Shown: positions 51,069 to 64,000 of the stretch, one piece after another | Layout of the letters: every line of letters starts with the position of its first letter | Numbering within the stretch: the stretch's first letter is position 1 | Notes under the pieces: generated by a model | The model's input: the letters and a program-made list of their open reading frames with translations, nothing else | The model's database searches: none | What the model was told of the DNA's origin: nothing | Source of the DNA: Antedon mediterranea | Taxonomy: Eukaryota; Animalia; Echinodermata | Assembly: GCF_964355755.1 (NCBI RefSeq) | Contig: NC_092672.1 | Coordinates: 15,686,001 to 15,750,000, forward strand | Length of the DNA stretch: 64,000 nucleotides | Direction of reading: 5' to 3' | Program-made: the position numbers and the translations under genes

Positions 51069-51345
51069 AGCAATTGTATTTTTAGACTTTGCTAAAGCCT
51101 TTAATTCTTTAGATAGAAATGTAATACTTAAAGTGCTGATTCACTTTGGTTTTGGAAATTCGTTAAATTAACTGGATAAAACAATATACACAGATACTGA
51201 ATGTGTAATAACAAATAACGGATATGTATCTAAAAGTTTTAAAATGGAATGTGGCGTGCGTCAAGGATGTCCTTTATCTGCTTTATTATTCACACTAGTA
51301 GTACAACTAATGGCAGTAAATGTAAGAGATAACAATAAAATAAAT
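51069..51345 (+). mobile_element. Tx1/L1-like RT fragment
   Basis: AIVFLDFAKAFNSL, FGFG, WIKTIY, NNG and GVRQGCPLSALLF. Confidence 0.82.
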
Positions 51346-51354
51346 GACAATAAA

Positions 51355-51601
51355 TGTGGTAGTATGCAATATCGATCTAGCGCCACCTAGCGGGGATCGA
51401 GAGGAGGGTCTAACATGGACGCGAGTCACGATAGTTGATATGTTGAATAAATGTTATTTGGATTGTGTATAACGGTAGTCCTATGTACGTCTGTTTGAGT
51501 ACAGTGTAGAGACAACAAACAAAACATAATAATAAAATAGTTAAGATTGACCAACTAGTATAGCCGATGACATCGTAGCAACCTGTCATACATACACTAC
51601 A
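51355..51601. mobile_element. Solo LTR with 5-bp TSD
   Basis: TG..CA ends with imperfect inverted termini tgtggtagtatg / catacactaca, and ataaa at 51350-51354 and 51602-51606. Confidence 0.65.
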
Positions 51602-51859
51602 ATAAATTTTATTTCCAAATCCATAGTAAAAATTTGACTGCTGTGACTGGTAGGTTTGCAAGTTTATTTTTTGTTTATATTATTTTTTTGTGGAACCAAT
51701 TCCCCAAAGATGACATGGTATTTACAGCATTTGTACAAAACATCAAAGTATACTGCTAAATAGTTTTTTGAATTATTTATATTCTTGAACAAATTTCAAA
51801 TAATAAAAAGGATGAAACTGATGAAGTTGAATTTGCATTCAAAGCAAGTATTAATAGTA

Positions 51860-52840
51860 ATTTACAGTATGTAATGGTAATTTATTAGTAGGTTGCGGGG
51901 CAACATCCCATATCATAAATGATAAATCAAAATTCATAAACCTTGATAAGAGCTTCAATCCAGATACCCATTTCATAGAATTGGCTAATGGCACTAAAAC
52001 AAATGGGGTAGTCATTGGTAAGGGAGATGCTAATGTTCTAATATATGATGTAAAAGGCAATCGACACAAAGTCACTCTTGAAAATGCTTTATATGTTCCC
52101 TCATATAAACAAGATATTTTGTCAGTTCAGGCTGGATACAAATTAATTTTGAAAAATATTCAGCCCAACTTAAGGCTCCTAATGGCTCTATTTTCAATAT
52201 TGTAAAAGAAAATAGATTATATTATTTAAATACTTGTAATAATGATTCAGTTAATAATGACTTGTGACCTACAAAGTTGGCACAATGTTTTAGGGCACTG
52301 TAATTATGATGATATATTGAAACTACCTAATGTAGTAGATGGTATGAACATACAGGGAAGAAGTGATAAACCCAAAATTTGTGATATATGCACTATTAGT
52401 AAAATGATGCAAAGTAGAAATAGAAAGCCTGATGTCTGTGCAACCAAACTCTTAGAATTTGTCCACACCGATCTGGCTGAACCAATTGACCCAGTCTCTA
52501 GAGAGGGATTTAAGTATGCCATATTATTCACAGATGATTATCAGGAGCTATGTTTGTAAATTTCTTGAAAAATAAAAATGACACAGAAAAGTTTCTGGCA
52601 GACTCTTCCCCACTGGGAAATGTAAAGTGTATTAGATCAGACAATGGTTCTGAGTTCAATTCAAAGGAGTTTAACTCACTCTTTACAAAGAATCGTATAA
52701 GACACGATACTTCTGCACCCTACTCCCCTCACCAAAATGGGACTGCCGAATGAAACTGGCGAACATTATTTGAGATGGGTAGATGTTTGATTGCACAGTC
52801 AAATTTAGGCAAAGATTTTTGGCCATATGCAATTCTAACA
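51860..52840 (+). mobile_element. Ty1/Copia pol fragment (protease, GAG-pre-integrase, integrase core), decayed
   Basis: GCGATSHII, LENALYVP, WHNVLGH..CDIC, VHTDL, IRSDNGSEF and PYSPHQNGTAE, in the protease-integrase order of Copia. Confidence 0.9.
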
Positions 52841-53330
52841 ACTTCTTGGGTGGTCGTGTTAAATTTCATCCTTTTTACCCAAATTGTCATTCATTTTGGT
52901 AGATATTTAAAAGTCGCAATAAAGGAAGTTTTACATCTCACTTTATTGATAGAGATGTTATGAGAGCACAGAAAACATCGTAATGGGGACAAGTAATTCG
53001 TTCCCTCCCCCGAGTTATTGTCTTTTGCAATGTTGTACTGCTTTCGCAGGCTCTTCAGCTTTGAGTTTACTTGCTTTGGAGACAAGTCTATTCCGTACTC
53101 ACGCTGCTTTATTTTTTTAGAAATGTCTTTATAAATGTGGTTGATCCTTTTATTACCTTTTAGTTGACCGGACATTTTAGCTTCCCCACACAGATTTATA
53201 TAGTAAATACTGTGACGTCTTCGCTCCACATTTTCGCCGAATATATCTATACACGTGTGTAAAACAGCTGACAGCGACAGAAAATAAAAACACGATGTTG
53301 ACCTCATGTCGCAGGTAAAAAAAATACTGT
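52840..53330 (-). mobile_element. Harbinger-like Myb/SANT relic
   Basis: IYKDISKKIKQREYGIDLSPKQVNSKLKSLRKQYN in ORF 52891-53421, paralogous to 41980-42480. Confidence 0.68.
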
Positions 53331-54282
53331 TATCGATATGGCTCACAATCAATCCTACAACCTTAACAAAAGAGCACAACAGTCGGAAATACATACGAAA
53401 ATCATTCGCTCTAAACAACATTTATTTATTTTTATCAATGACAGCGTATTGGCAGCCGATACAGTTTCCCAAAAGTGAGTCGAATAGGTCGTACCTATCC
53501 CATAATATTAGTTTTGCTTGTCCAATTTCTAGGCCATCTTTATGAAGATCGATATCATTATTTTAGAGTATGTAGTACAGCGGAAAACGCACTAGCGAAC
53601 CAAATGTTCAATGTTCCGGCCTAGCTCGCTTGCCTTGTCAAGAAGAATGTTTCTGTTGCAGAAACGAGATAAGACAAAATTGTTCATCTTAAAGGCGCTT
53701 TTCTACTAGTCGAATTTATTCGTTCGAATCGAAAGCGTCATGCTATGCACATGCTTATTCGAGTTTCTGTCTGTCATACTCCCTTCTTCGACGAATTCTA
53801 GTTCCTTTGATTTTTCGCTTTTTTTTTTACTAGTTCGAATTGTACTTTTTGCGAAGCGAAATATTGCGCAACCAATCAGAGCTCAGGAAATGAGCTATGA
53901 TGCTTTCATGAGCACTCATACGAATCGAAATGCTAGTACCGTACATGCATATTTATATATCAATATAAAAACTAGATAGTATGGTAATATGAGTATTCAA
54001 CATGGCAACTAAACTGGAGTAATGCCTATCTGGAATCATCGCCCGTTGTTGCATAATTTGGAATTCAACAAGGCGACTAAACGAAAATATTTACTTCAAT
54101 AAGACTATATTTGGAGTCCTAATAGCATCATAAACATAGGAGGCTATAGGCACTACTTTTTAAAACTGATTGGTATATATATATACAGTATCCACAGGCA
54201 CACGCACAGATATGTACATATACATTCAGCTGTGCCACGTTGAGAGTTTCTATATCCAATCGAATTTGAACAATACAATGAA

Positions 54283-54365
54283 AGCCCAGTGGTGTAATGG
54301 TTAAGACATCTGCATATCAAGCAGAAGGTTCTGGGTTTGAATATCGATTCGAGCGACTTTTTTAT
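54283..54365 (+). mobile_element. tRNA-derived SINE head
   Basis: agcccagtggtgtaatggttaagacatctgcatatcaagcagaaggttctgggtttgaat has A- and B-box-like motifs but no paired acceptor stem. Confidence 0.65.
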
Positions 54366-54454
54366 TGTTTTTAATTACATTTCAGTATATCACCGGACGG
54401 TTTGGAATTTATTATGTGCCTGTGATGTTTATATATATGTGTGTGTGTTTAAAA

Positions 54455-54940
54455 TAGTTGCCATCTTGGATTTCAACATGGTGGCTGTTTATAACTTTAA
54501 TAACAATATAATTGGAATCTTCGGTATCACAAACATAGGTATAGACACCATTTTTAACTTGCTATGTCAAATAAAAGTCAAGTTATAAGCCAAAATACGT
54601 TTAAAATGGTGACCATCTTGGATTTCAAAATGGCGGCTAAAATAGAATATTTACAACGTTAATAACAATATATTTGGAATCCTCGGTATCACAAACATCG
54701 GTATAGACACCGTTTTTAACTTGCTATGCCACTTAAAAGTTTAGTTATAAGCCAAAATAAGTTTAAAATGGCGGCCACTTTGTTTTTTACATTTTAGGGG
54801 TGAAGATCTAAAAATTGGACCAGGTAAACAGCAGATTTGAAATTCAGCACCCCAAAATTACCCTAAAACACATGTTTATTCGCTTTTAACACGAAAATGC
54901 CTACAGCATTTCATTTTTCTAAAATCTGGACTAGTCTATA
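54455..54940. repeat. Second copy of the 165-bp-unit element
   Basis: Matches the units and end of 11189-11910. Confidence 0.85.
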
Positions 54941-54944
54941 AGAG

Positions 54945-56480
54945 GTTTCAGACTTCTATGTAGAAATGTTAAAAGATGTAGTAAACATCAACAATATTTT
55001 AGGTCGACATCCAATAAATGTAGCAGAAATTAAAAAACAACAATTGTAGGAAAATAGGTATATTACAACTAATGGAAAATCAATATATTTTGAAACATGG
55101 TTACATTCTGGATATAAGTAATTACTGATATTATAGTGTGGGAAACCGGAAATACCGTTATGGGGATCTATACTGTTTTATAATAATAATAGTAATAATA
55201 ATAATATAATAATTTTAGACTGGAGTATATATAGCGGCCCGCACGTGGGTACAGGTTGTGCATATCCATCGTTGCTGAGTAGAGTCAGTTACTATTTAAA
55301 TTATCATTTATTCATTTCCAGGTACGTTGTAATACTATATCATAGATTAAGATATACGAGTTATTGAATCCATTGTTGTATTTAGTTATGGTAATGAATA
55401 GTAGTATTGTATTAAGTGTGTTATTTATGCTCATATATGTAGTTATAATTGATGGTAGAATGACTCACGGATACGGTGTGTGAGTTCGAATTTCAATATG
55501 GCGACCAAACACTGATGCTATGTGTATGTATTGTACTAAAGATCACGTAATGATTATTATGTATGTTTGTTTGTTGTATTTATAGGAGTTTTTTTCTTGA
55601 TATGGTTGATTGTGGCTGGTTGTAATTTATATGTGATAAATACCAGTGAATACGAGTAAATGAAATATAATGATGAAAATCAATGCTGCCTTCATATGTT
55701 TGATGATGATTGTGTCCGACTGATCTTGAAGTACCACAATAGTAAATAACAGAATAATAGCACCTGATGTCTTAATACCCACTCTATCCAAAAGACAAAA
55801 TGGTCTAATAGAATACATGGTGCTTATTAATGCTATACCTGTTGAATGAAAAGAATCTATAGCGAGAAACCAATACAATGACGAACAAGTGAACACAATT
55901 GAGAAATCCTTGTTCCCGGAAAAGAGAACAAAGGTCAATTTTATTATAGGCATTTTGTAAATGAAATAGCTACCAATCCCATTGCAGAGGCAAAATGGTA
56001 AGTAGTGTTCAATAATGCTGAAATAAATTGGTATGAAGTATGGACAAATAAAATACACAACTTTAAGCACATAAATAGAATTGCACAATTTAATTTTAAA
56101 CATTTTACCTTGTAAAAAAAATGCTTAAAGATTGGAAAATAATAGAAAACAATATAATGTGACAGGTGTAAAAAAGAAATTTAATGTGAATTACATATGC
56201 TAGTTGAATGTACAGCAATTCAAAATGTATGGTTTCAATTTAATGACCTCATATTTAAGTGTTTTCCAACAGAAGGTACTATCAATTGATATAAAATATA
56301 AAATAATAACAGGTGCACGAAACATAGTTGTAAATGAACTTATTTCACATTTTGCATTTACAAATCATGCATTTTGGAAAAAATTAGAAAAAACATAAAG
56401 TGATATGGAACTGGTTTGCTTTTGAATTGAAATCCTTAATTACAATTGAATACTGATGCAATTTTATTAAAGCGGACAAA
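54945..56480 (+). mobile_element. Tx1/L1-like ORF2 C-terminal relic with an unrelated (possibly LTR) insert at about 55137-55797
   Basis: ENRYITTNGKSIYFETWLHSG, then LIEYMVLINAIP and RIAQFNFK, paralleling 18130-18600. Confidence 0.5.
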
Positions 56481-56524
56481 AAATGTAAAAATGTAAAAAC
56501 TAGCATGTTAGAGAACTTTGGATT

Positions 56525-56870
56525 GACATTGGATCAACGTCGACACGCCGTTGAATAGACGCTGGATATGAAAGGTGGATCCACGTCATTATGCCAACAT
56601 TGTATCAACGTCGACACGCCGTTGAATAGACGCTGGATATGAAAGGTGGATCAACGTCATTATGTTGAATAGACGCTGGATATGAAAGGTGGATCAACGT
56701 CATTATGCCAACGTTGTATCAACGTCGACACGCCGTTGAATAGACGCTGGATATGAAAGGTGGATCAACGTCATTATGCCAACGTTGTATCAACGTCAAC
56801 ACGCCGTTGAATAGACGCTGGATATGAAAGGTGGATCGACGTCATTATGCCAACGTTGTATCAACGTCGA
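56525..56870. repeat. 71-bp tandem repeat, about 5 copies
   Basis: tcaacgtcgacacgccgttgaatagacgctggatatgaaaggtgga starts at 56534, 56605, 56719 and 56790, with a partial at 56861 and one internally deleted unit. Confidence 0.93.
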
Positions 56871-58202
56871 ATATCAACATTAATTTGTCGATAAAATACG
56901 CTATTTATACCATGTGTAACCCTTTTCTGATGGAAGTATAACATTTTTTTTATTTTATACCTCCATGATTAGTCTAGGCAAAAAATCTGAAAAAAATTAG
57001 TTAGTGGGAGTGGAATGTTAGAGGCTGTCAATATAGCCAGATATCCTAATTAATCCCTTCTGATCACTCTAAGCCCTGTTGACACTTAATTTCTTGAAAT
57101 GGCAGCCATTTTTCAAAATAGCCGCCAATCTAATAAGGTATTTACACAATCTTGGTGTCTAAACACATGTACTTCAGAACGGAATCCATTAGGCCTTAGA
57201 TAGTAAATAGAGAACTTTCAAAAGCCGGCGAGCAGTAAAGTAACAAGACTGAAACTTCATTTTCTAGAACTACTTGTCCAAAAAACTTCATTTAAAAGGT
57301 AAAAGTTATAATTTGTGATTTGTAATTTTAAAACATAATTTGATTTACTGATTTACTAATGTACAGGTTTTTTGATACGAGTAGTTTAAAAAAACCTATT
57401 TCTTTTTAACTTTTATTATAAATCTAATGGATTCCTTGTTTGAAGTACATGTGTTTTGACACAAAGATCATGAATCTACCATATTTATAGATTTTAAGCA
57501 CATTTTATATAAAATTGAACGCCATTTCATTATAAAACCAAAAATGAAGTGTCAACAGGACCTAATGGATTCCTTGTCTGAAATACATGTGTTTAGACAC
57601 TTGTGTATCTACCTTATTTAGATCCGATTTAAGTTATTCACATATTGTTTTATTGTAGTGATTCTTTTACAAATATTTAATTTATGAATATCTAAAGCTC
57701 TGTCTACACTATCAAACTTTATGTGACAACAAATGTGACGAGCCCATATAGTACATACATTTATTCAATATTCAACAGTTTACATAGTTTATGGGTTAAG
57801 ATACACAGAAGCCAAAGTGGCTTGTCTTTGTAGTCCTAAGCATAAACATAAAACAAATATGGACGCATTACATTTAGGCTAGTCAATCTAGCAAAAAAAA
57901 CAGCCTAAAGTGAAACAAATTGCAAACAGAGATTTTTCTTTTTTAAATGGTCATATATGATGAGGAGATCAAAATTTGAGCATCACACCTCTGTCACTCA
58001 TCCCGATGATATGCAAATTAGCTTAAATATGGAAATTAGGGTGAAATTACAAGGTTACCATATCTCAAAAACTACTAGTCCGAGAGAGTTGATTTTTTCA
58101 CTGATCTATTTAAAATGTATATATTTATATTTACTCTAATGAAACATTTTACGAAAAAATGACCGGAAGTAGAACATTTGACCTTCGACCCCATTTCTCA
58201 AT

Positions 58203-59027
58203 AGCCCCTTTCTCACAGATGTGCCTGCAATATACCGGTACAGTGCTGGCGTCGTGCCGGTATCGTTACCGGCATATACCCATTCTCATCGGACTATCGT
58301 GCCGGAAATATAACCGGTATATACCGGCTTTCTGTGAGAAAGGAGTCGGGCATATTCGGCCAATAAAAAGTCTCTGACAAAATAATTATTGAGGGCGTCC
58401 TTTATTGTTATTATTTTTGTCTAGCGATGATATGGCGGCGAATGTTAAGTTACAGATTATTATCTTCCTTTATAGCATATTTATGCAATACATGCTATGT
58501 ACAGTATATTGTGCATATATTATACAGGTATAGCAATTAATTTGCCGTCATCGGCAATCTGTAAAACACCTTAGAAGGCTGTAGGCCTACAATTTACAAG
58601 GCGACGAAAGGTCAGGCACCAACAAACAAAGAGCTAATGGCCTAGCCTAGCGGCCTATATAGATTATGCTACAAATTTCTTCTTGTCCCCTTATTTTAAG
58701 CAGCTCTCTTATCTCATTATCCCTCCAGTTCCACATTATTATTGTTAATTGAATTGAATAGGCGCCAAAGTGATACACTTGACTGCGCAAGGTGTCAAAG
58801 CCTCGACGGGGAACCCCGGAATATAACGGCAATACGTTCTCACAGAATGCCCGTCTGGCATTGCGGGGAATATCCCTAGAATATACTAGGTCTAAAGCAG
58901 GTCATGTCAATGCCGGCATGGTGCCGGCATGATGCCAAGACGACCCGTTCTCACAGAAAACCATACCGGCATGGTAATGGTATATTCCCGCAATATTCCT
59001 GGCACACAACTCTGTGAGAAAGGGGCT
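58203..59027 (-). mobile_element. Harbinger-type MITE, copy 2 (inverted relative to 44268-45064)
   Basis: Same TIR and body, with a 3-bp duplication (aat). Uninterrupted target sites are visible in neighbouring subrepeats (ccatttctcaat-attgcat). Confidence 0.88.
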
Positions 59028-59844
59028 AATGTTTGCATATACAATGTGACTAAAATGTCTGTAGAGACTTTATTTTGCCCTCAAATGACCCAGACATAGG
59101 TTCCTAATAGCCAGCATAGGATCACTTTGTAATTCCCAAAATCACACCTTTGTCACACACCTCGAAAGTATGCAAATTAGTAGTACAATTTAAATAAAAT
59201 ATGCAAATAAGGGGAAAAAATTACAGTTGTCCTATATCTCAAAAACCACTAATGCTAGAGAGCTGATTTTTTCACAGCCGTATTCAAAATGTACATATTT
59301 CTATTTGCTCCAATGAAACATTTTACAAAAAATTGACCGGAAGTATGACATTTGACCCTCGACCCCATTTCTCAATATTGCATATATAAATGAAACTAAA
59401 ATGTCTGTAGAGACTTTGTTTTGCCCTCAAATGACTCCGATACAGGTTTCTAATAGCCAACATAGGACTGTTTCGTAGATCTCAAAATCACACCTGTATC
59501 ACTCACCTCCAAAGTATGCAAATTATTAGTACAAGTTACATGAAATATGCAAATTAGAGGGTGAAATTAAAGGTTCCTATATATCGAAAACCACTAAGGC
59601 TAGAGAGTTGATTTTTTCAAAAACTTGTTCAGAATGTACATATTTATATTTACTCTAATGAAACATTTTACGAAAAAATGACCGGAAATACAACAATTGA
59701 CCCTCGACCCCATTTATTAATGTTTGCATACATAATGCGACTAAAATGTCTGTAGAGACTTTGTTTTGGACTCAAATAACTCGGATACATGTTTCCTATA
59801 GTCAGCATAGGACCGCTTTGTAATTCCCAAAATCACGCCTTTGT

Positions 59845-59950
59845 TTTGGCATGGTTGGAATTCCCTTTTTTCGTATTAGTTTATGTACAGCGCTTAGAGG
59901 TTACACAACATTAGGCGCTATATAAATCCAGGATATTATTATTATTATTT
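59845..59950 (+). mobile_element. L2-type LINE/SINE 3' tail
   Basis: gtacagcgcttagag..aggcgctatataaat stem-loop followed by (att)n. Confidence 0.65.
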
Positions 59951-62165
59951 CTCAATATTTGCATATAATGCAACTAAAATGTATGTACAGACTTTGTTTT
60001 GGCCTCAAATGACTCGGATACAGGTTTTATATAGCCAGTATAAGTCAAGCACCTCGAAAGTATGCAAATTAGTAGTACAAGCTATATGAAATATACAGTG
60101 AATTGCCTTATGTATCTCGAAAACGCTAATGACCGAGAGAGAGAGATATGGCAACTTTTTTGTACTACTGATTTGCATACTTTCAAGCGAAGTAACAGAG
60201 GTGTGATTTTGAGAATTACTAAACAGTTCTATGCTGGCTATAGAAAACCTGTATCTGGGTCATTATTGAAAAAAAAATTATCGAAAGTATGACATTTGAC
60301 CCTCGAACCTATTTCTCAATATTTGCATATAATGCAACTAAAATGTATGTACATACTTTGTTTTGGCCTCAAATGACTTGGATACAGGTTTTATATAGCC
60401 AGTATAGGATCGTTTAGTAATTCCAAAAGTCAAGCAACTCGAAAGTATGCAAATTATTAGTACAAGTTATATGAAATATGCAAATTACAGCTTTATGTAT
60501 CTCGAAAAACGCTAATGACCGATAGAGATATGGCAACTTTCACCTCTTGTACTACTAATTTGCATATTTTCTAGGGAAGTAACAAAGGTGTGATTTTGAG
60601 AATTACTACAGTTCTATGCAGGCTATAGAAAACCTGTATCTGAGTCATTTGAGACCAAAACAATCTGTACAGATATTTTAGTTGAATTATATGAAAATAT
60701 TGAGAAATAGGGTCAAGGGTCAAATGTCATAATTCAATCAAGACAATTTTTGCATAAAATGTTTCATTACAGCGAATATAAATATGTACATTCTGAATCA
60801 ACTCTGAATTCAAATCAACTCTCTAGCATTAATGGTTTTCGAGATATGGGAAGACTGTAATTTCACCCCTAATTTGCATATTTCATGTAACTTGTACTAA
60901 TAATTTGCATACTTTCAAGGTTTGTGACAAAGATGTGATTTTGGGAATTACAAAGAGGTCCTATGCTGACAATAGGAAAACTGTATCCGAGTCATTTGAG
61001 TCCAAAAAAATTATCTACAGACATTTTAGTCGCATTATGTATGCAAACATTGATAAATAGGGTCAAGGGTCAATTGTTGTATTTCCGGTCATTTTTTCGT
61101 AAAATGTTTCATTAGAGCAAATATAAATATGTACATTCTGAACAAGTTTTTGAAAAAATCAACTCTCTACCTTAGCGGTTTTCGATACATATAGGAACCT
61201 GTAATTTCACCCCCTAATTTGCATATTTCATGTAACTTGTACTAATAATTTGCATACTTTGAAGGTGAGTGATACAGGTGTGATTTTGAGATTTACTAAA
61301 CATTCCTATGTTGGCTATTAGAAACCTGTATCCGAGTCATTTGAGGGCAAAACAAAGTCTCTACAGACATTTTAGTTTTTCATTATATATGCAATATTGA
61401 GAAATGGGGTCGAGGGTCAAATGTCATAGTTCCGGGCATTTTTTTGTAAAATGTCTCATTACAGCAAATATAAATATATACATTTTAAATATTTTAGTGA
61501 AAAAATCAACACTCTAGCATTAGTGGTTTTCGAGATATGGCAACGCTGTAATTTCACTCCCTAATTTGCATATTTAATATTACTTGTACTACTAATTTGC
61601 ATACTTTCGAGGTGCGTGACGAAGTTGTGATTTTAGGAATTATAATACAGTTCTATGGTGGGTATTGAAAAACAATATCCAAGTCATTGAGTCCAAAATA
61701 AAGTCTCTACAGACATTTTAATCACATATTTATGTAAATATTGAGAAATGGGGTCAAGGGTCAAAATTTGGTACTTCCGGACATTTTTATGTAAAATGTC
61801 TCATTAGAGCAAATATAAATATATATATTCTGAATCAGACTGTGCAAAAATGAACTCTCTACGATTAGTAGTTTTTAAGATATGGTAACCCTGTAATTTC
61901 ACCCTAATTTGCATATTTAAGCTAATTTGCATACCTTCGGGATGAGTGTCAGAGGTGTGATGCTCAAAAAATAATCACCTTATCATATGTAACCATTTAA
62001 AAAAAAAAAATCTCTGTTTGCAATTTGTTTCACTCAAAATGCTAGATTGACTAGCCTAATTAACAAAAAATGAAATTTTGAGACAGAAAAAGAAAAAAAA
62101 ACAAAGTGAGATTAGGCAAAATATTTACAACCCCAATTTTGCAGTAGCAATATAGTAGCTAGCAA

Positions 62166-62471
62166 TTATGTTTCAAATATCATCTTTTTAATATTGTACT
62201 TTAGCATAGGGAGCGAGGTCATGTGATTTTGTTCTAGAGTAGACTGGAGTTTATTCCAGTAAGTTGGTCCTTCAATGAAAATTGATCTTTTATTAATTTC
62301 TAGTCTACTGTGTGGAATATATATCTTATTTGCGTTTCTTAATGTCTTTAAGCGATCAGTTTTAGGGTTTAAATCAATCAGGTTGTTTATAGGGATGGGA
62401 AGTTCCTGGAGATGATATTTGAACATAAAGCATGCAATTTGAATTTTATTTATATCGTATATATTTAACAT
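62166..62471 (-). mobile_element. LINE ORF2 C-terminal fragment whose 3' UTR appears to continue at about 57755-57876
   Basis: LNIYDINKIQIACFMFKY..LP..GPTYWNKL. A stem-loop and poly(A) signal lie on the far side of the foldback. Confidence 0.75.
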
Positions 62472-62889
62472 TTTTAAACTTTGTAATACATTGTAGTATA
62501 TTGTATATAAAATTAGTGGCCATTTTGAAAAATGGCCGTCATTTCTATTTTAAGCAACAGTGTCAACAAGGCCTAATGGATTCCGTGTCTGAAGTACAGG
62601 GCTTAGAGTGATCAAAAGGGATTAATTAGGATATCTGGCTATGTTGACTGCCTCTAACATTCCACTCCCCCTATAACTTGATTTCTAAGCATCTTTTCAG
62701 ATTTTTTTTTTGTCCTATTTTAAACACGATCACCCAAGATAGTAATAGTAACTAATCAAACTATTTTAAATCGTCTTTATATTTTACAAAAGAAAGCACT
62801 AAAGAATTGTTTGCAACGTTCCTTTTCATCATCCTTCTCTACCAATCTTTGCCCGCACACAAAGATTAAAATTATCTGAGCTGTACCAA

Positions 62890-63210
62890 AAAAAATGTTG
62901 CGATACTTATGTTTAAGTTTCATCATAAGAAGTTGCCTATTACTTTTGATTCTTTCTTTGCTACAAACAATTCCAAACATAATTATGAGACCAGGGCTAA
63001 AGACAATTTAAGCACTGCTTTCAAAACGACCCTATTGGGCCAACAAAGTGTCGCATACAGAGGCACTTATGTGTGGAACTCACTACCCATTAATTTTTTA
63101 TATATCTATATATATATTTTTGTTATATTTATAATAATGTACACTAATTTGTTATTGAGCTATGGAGAATTTTTTTTTTCCGAAATAAAAGATGAATGAA
63201 TGAATGAATT
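62890..63210 (+). mobile_element. LINE (Crack/L2-like) 3' end with (tgaa)n tail
   Basis: MFKFHHKKLP..FDSFF..HNYETR..SVAYRGTYVWNSLP resembles the end of ORF2 at 13174-16152. aataaa is followed by gatgaatgaatgaatgaa. Confidence 0.8.
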
Positions 63211-64000
63211 AAAATGTCAACCAGTATTGGTCTGTTTAAACATAAAATTCATGATATGTTTGTCACCAGTTATCTTTAATTTTAAGCTACTGGTAAATTC
63301 ATTTTCTCTCGACATTTGATTTGTTATTATCACTGCATTATTTCTATTGTTAGTATTTTTATTGTTACAATTAATATGGTACATTATACTGTTTTTATGT
63401 ATTTATTTATTTAATTATTTATTAATATTTTTTTTCGTTTTAAGGGGCTTTGCATCTAAAGCATTAGCTTAAAGCAATTAACTCTATTCACAACTTCAAT
63501 TAATTTTGTATGTACTTTGTATTAATCTGAGATTGTGAATAAAGTTATATATATTTTCATAGTACTTCTAGCAGAAACAGGGTACTCAAAATACAATACT
63601 ATGTTTTTATACCATATTTTGAGGATATGCAGCAGAAACAGGCTCCATGTAAAAACTTTTAAGAATACTAAAAAAAAAAAAAATAAAATAATAAAGTGGA
63701 TTTATTTAATGATTTTGTTACAAATGCAATAATAAATTTGTTTCATGCACTCAGTAAAGTTATTTGCATTTTTATGTTGCTTGGAGGTGTGCTGTTTATA
63801 ATTAACTATTGATTGAATTAATTATACAATTTTAATAGTAATGCTGCAACATATAATTTTGCATAACAATTAAACATTATCTTCTTTTTATATAATAAAA
63901 TTAGTTTATTCTATACCATCTGTGTCTTGACAACAATGAGGCTGATTGCAATTCATATTTTGCTGCTGTTTTTCATGAATTTGTAATTTATTAGCTTTCA

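Larger units (their letters stand above)
57877..62056. mobile_element. Large foldback element with arms built from subrepeats of about 350 bp
   Basis: Termini ta|ggctagtcaatctagca and tgctagattgactagcc|ta. Subrepeats switch orientation near 60100-60550. Confidence 0.82.
56975..62717. mobile_element. Outer TIR element enclosing a nested cluster
   Basis: gggagtggaatgttagaggc.gtcaa.atagccagatatcctaattaatccctt.tgatcactctaagccctg (57006-57078) is inverted at about 62596-62669. Confidence 0.75.

Noticed and set aside
54283-54365. Functional tRNA gene
   Set aside because: The acceptor and T stems do not pair, and a similar decayed copy lies at 26146. A SINE head fits better.
55627-56103. 158-aa hydrophobic ORF as a membrane protein
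   Set aside because: It is antisense to A-rich Tx1 and LTR-like relics, so the hydrophobicity reflects T-rich codons.
56525-56870. CRISPR array
   Set aside because: The units are contiguous near-identical tandem copies with no unique spacers, no cas genes are present, and the context is eukaryotic.

Overview
AT-rich eukaryotic (invertebrate animal, inferred) genomic DNA made almost entirely of nested and decayed transposable elements. No prokaryotic operons, rRNA genes, intact tRNA genes or CRISPR arrays were found. One probable host gene is present: a single-ORF type I membrane protein with three Ig domains and an ITIM-like tail (26557-27864, minus). One apparently intact two-ORF LINE of the CR1/L2/Crack group (12952-17463, minus) splits an older Tx1/L1-like RT. 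The rest includes a decayed DIRS/Ngaro element, Helentron-associated (DINE-1-like) elements, an internally deleted Sola3-like transposon, Kolobok-like TTAA elements (one enclosing a histone H3.3 retro-pseudogene), several PIF/Harbinger derivatives, Penelope, Copia and solo-LTR fragments, tRNA-derived SINE heads, tandem arrays and large foldbacks. The most unusual observations are a MADF/BESS-like exon lying antisense inside an intron of a spliced Harbinger transposase, tiny CATGGAG...CTCCATG palindromes with 7-bp duplications that resemble P-family excision footprints, the H3.3 retrocopy inside a TIR element, and a degenerate minimal hammerhead ribozyme. I cannot claim a confirmed new biological system. 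All family assignments come from reading motifs by eye, and boundaries of decayed elements are approximate.
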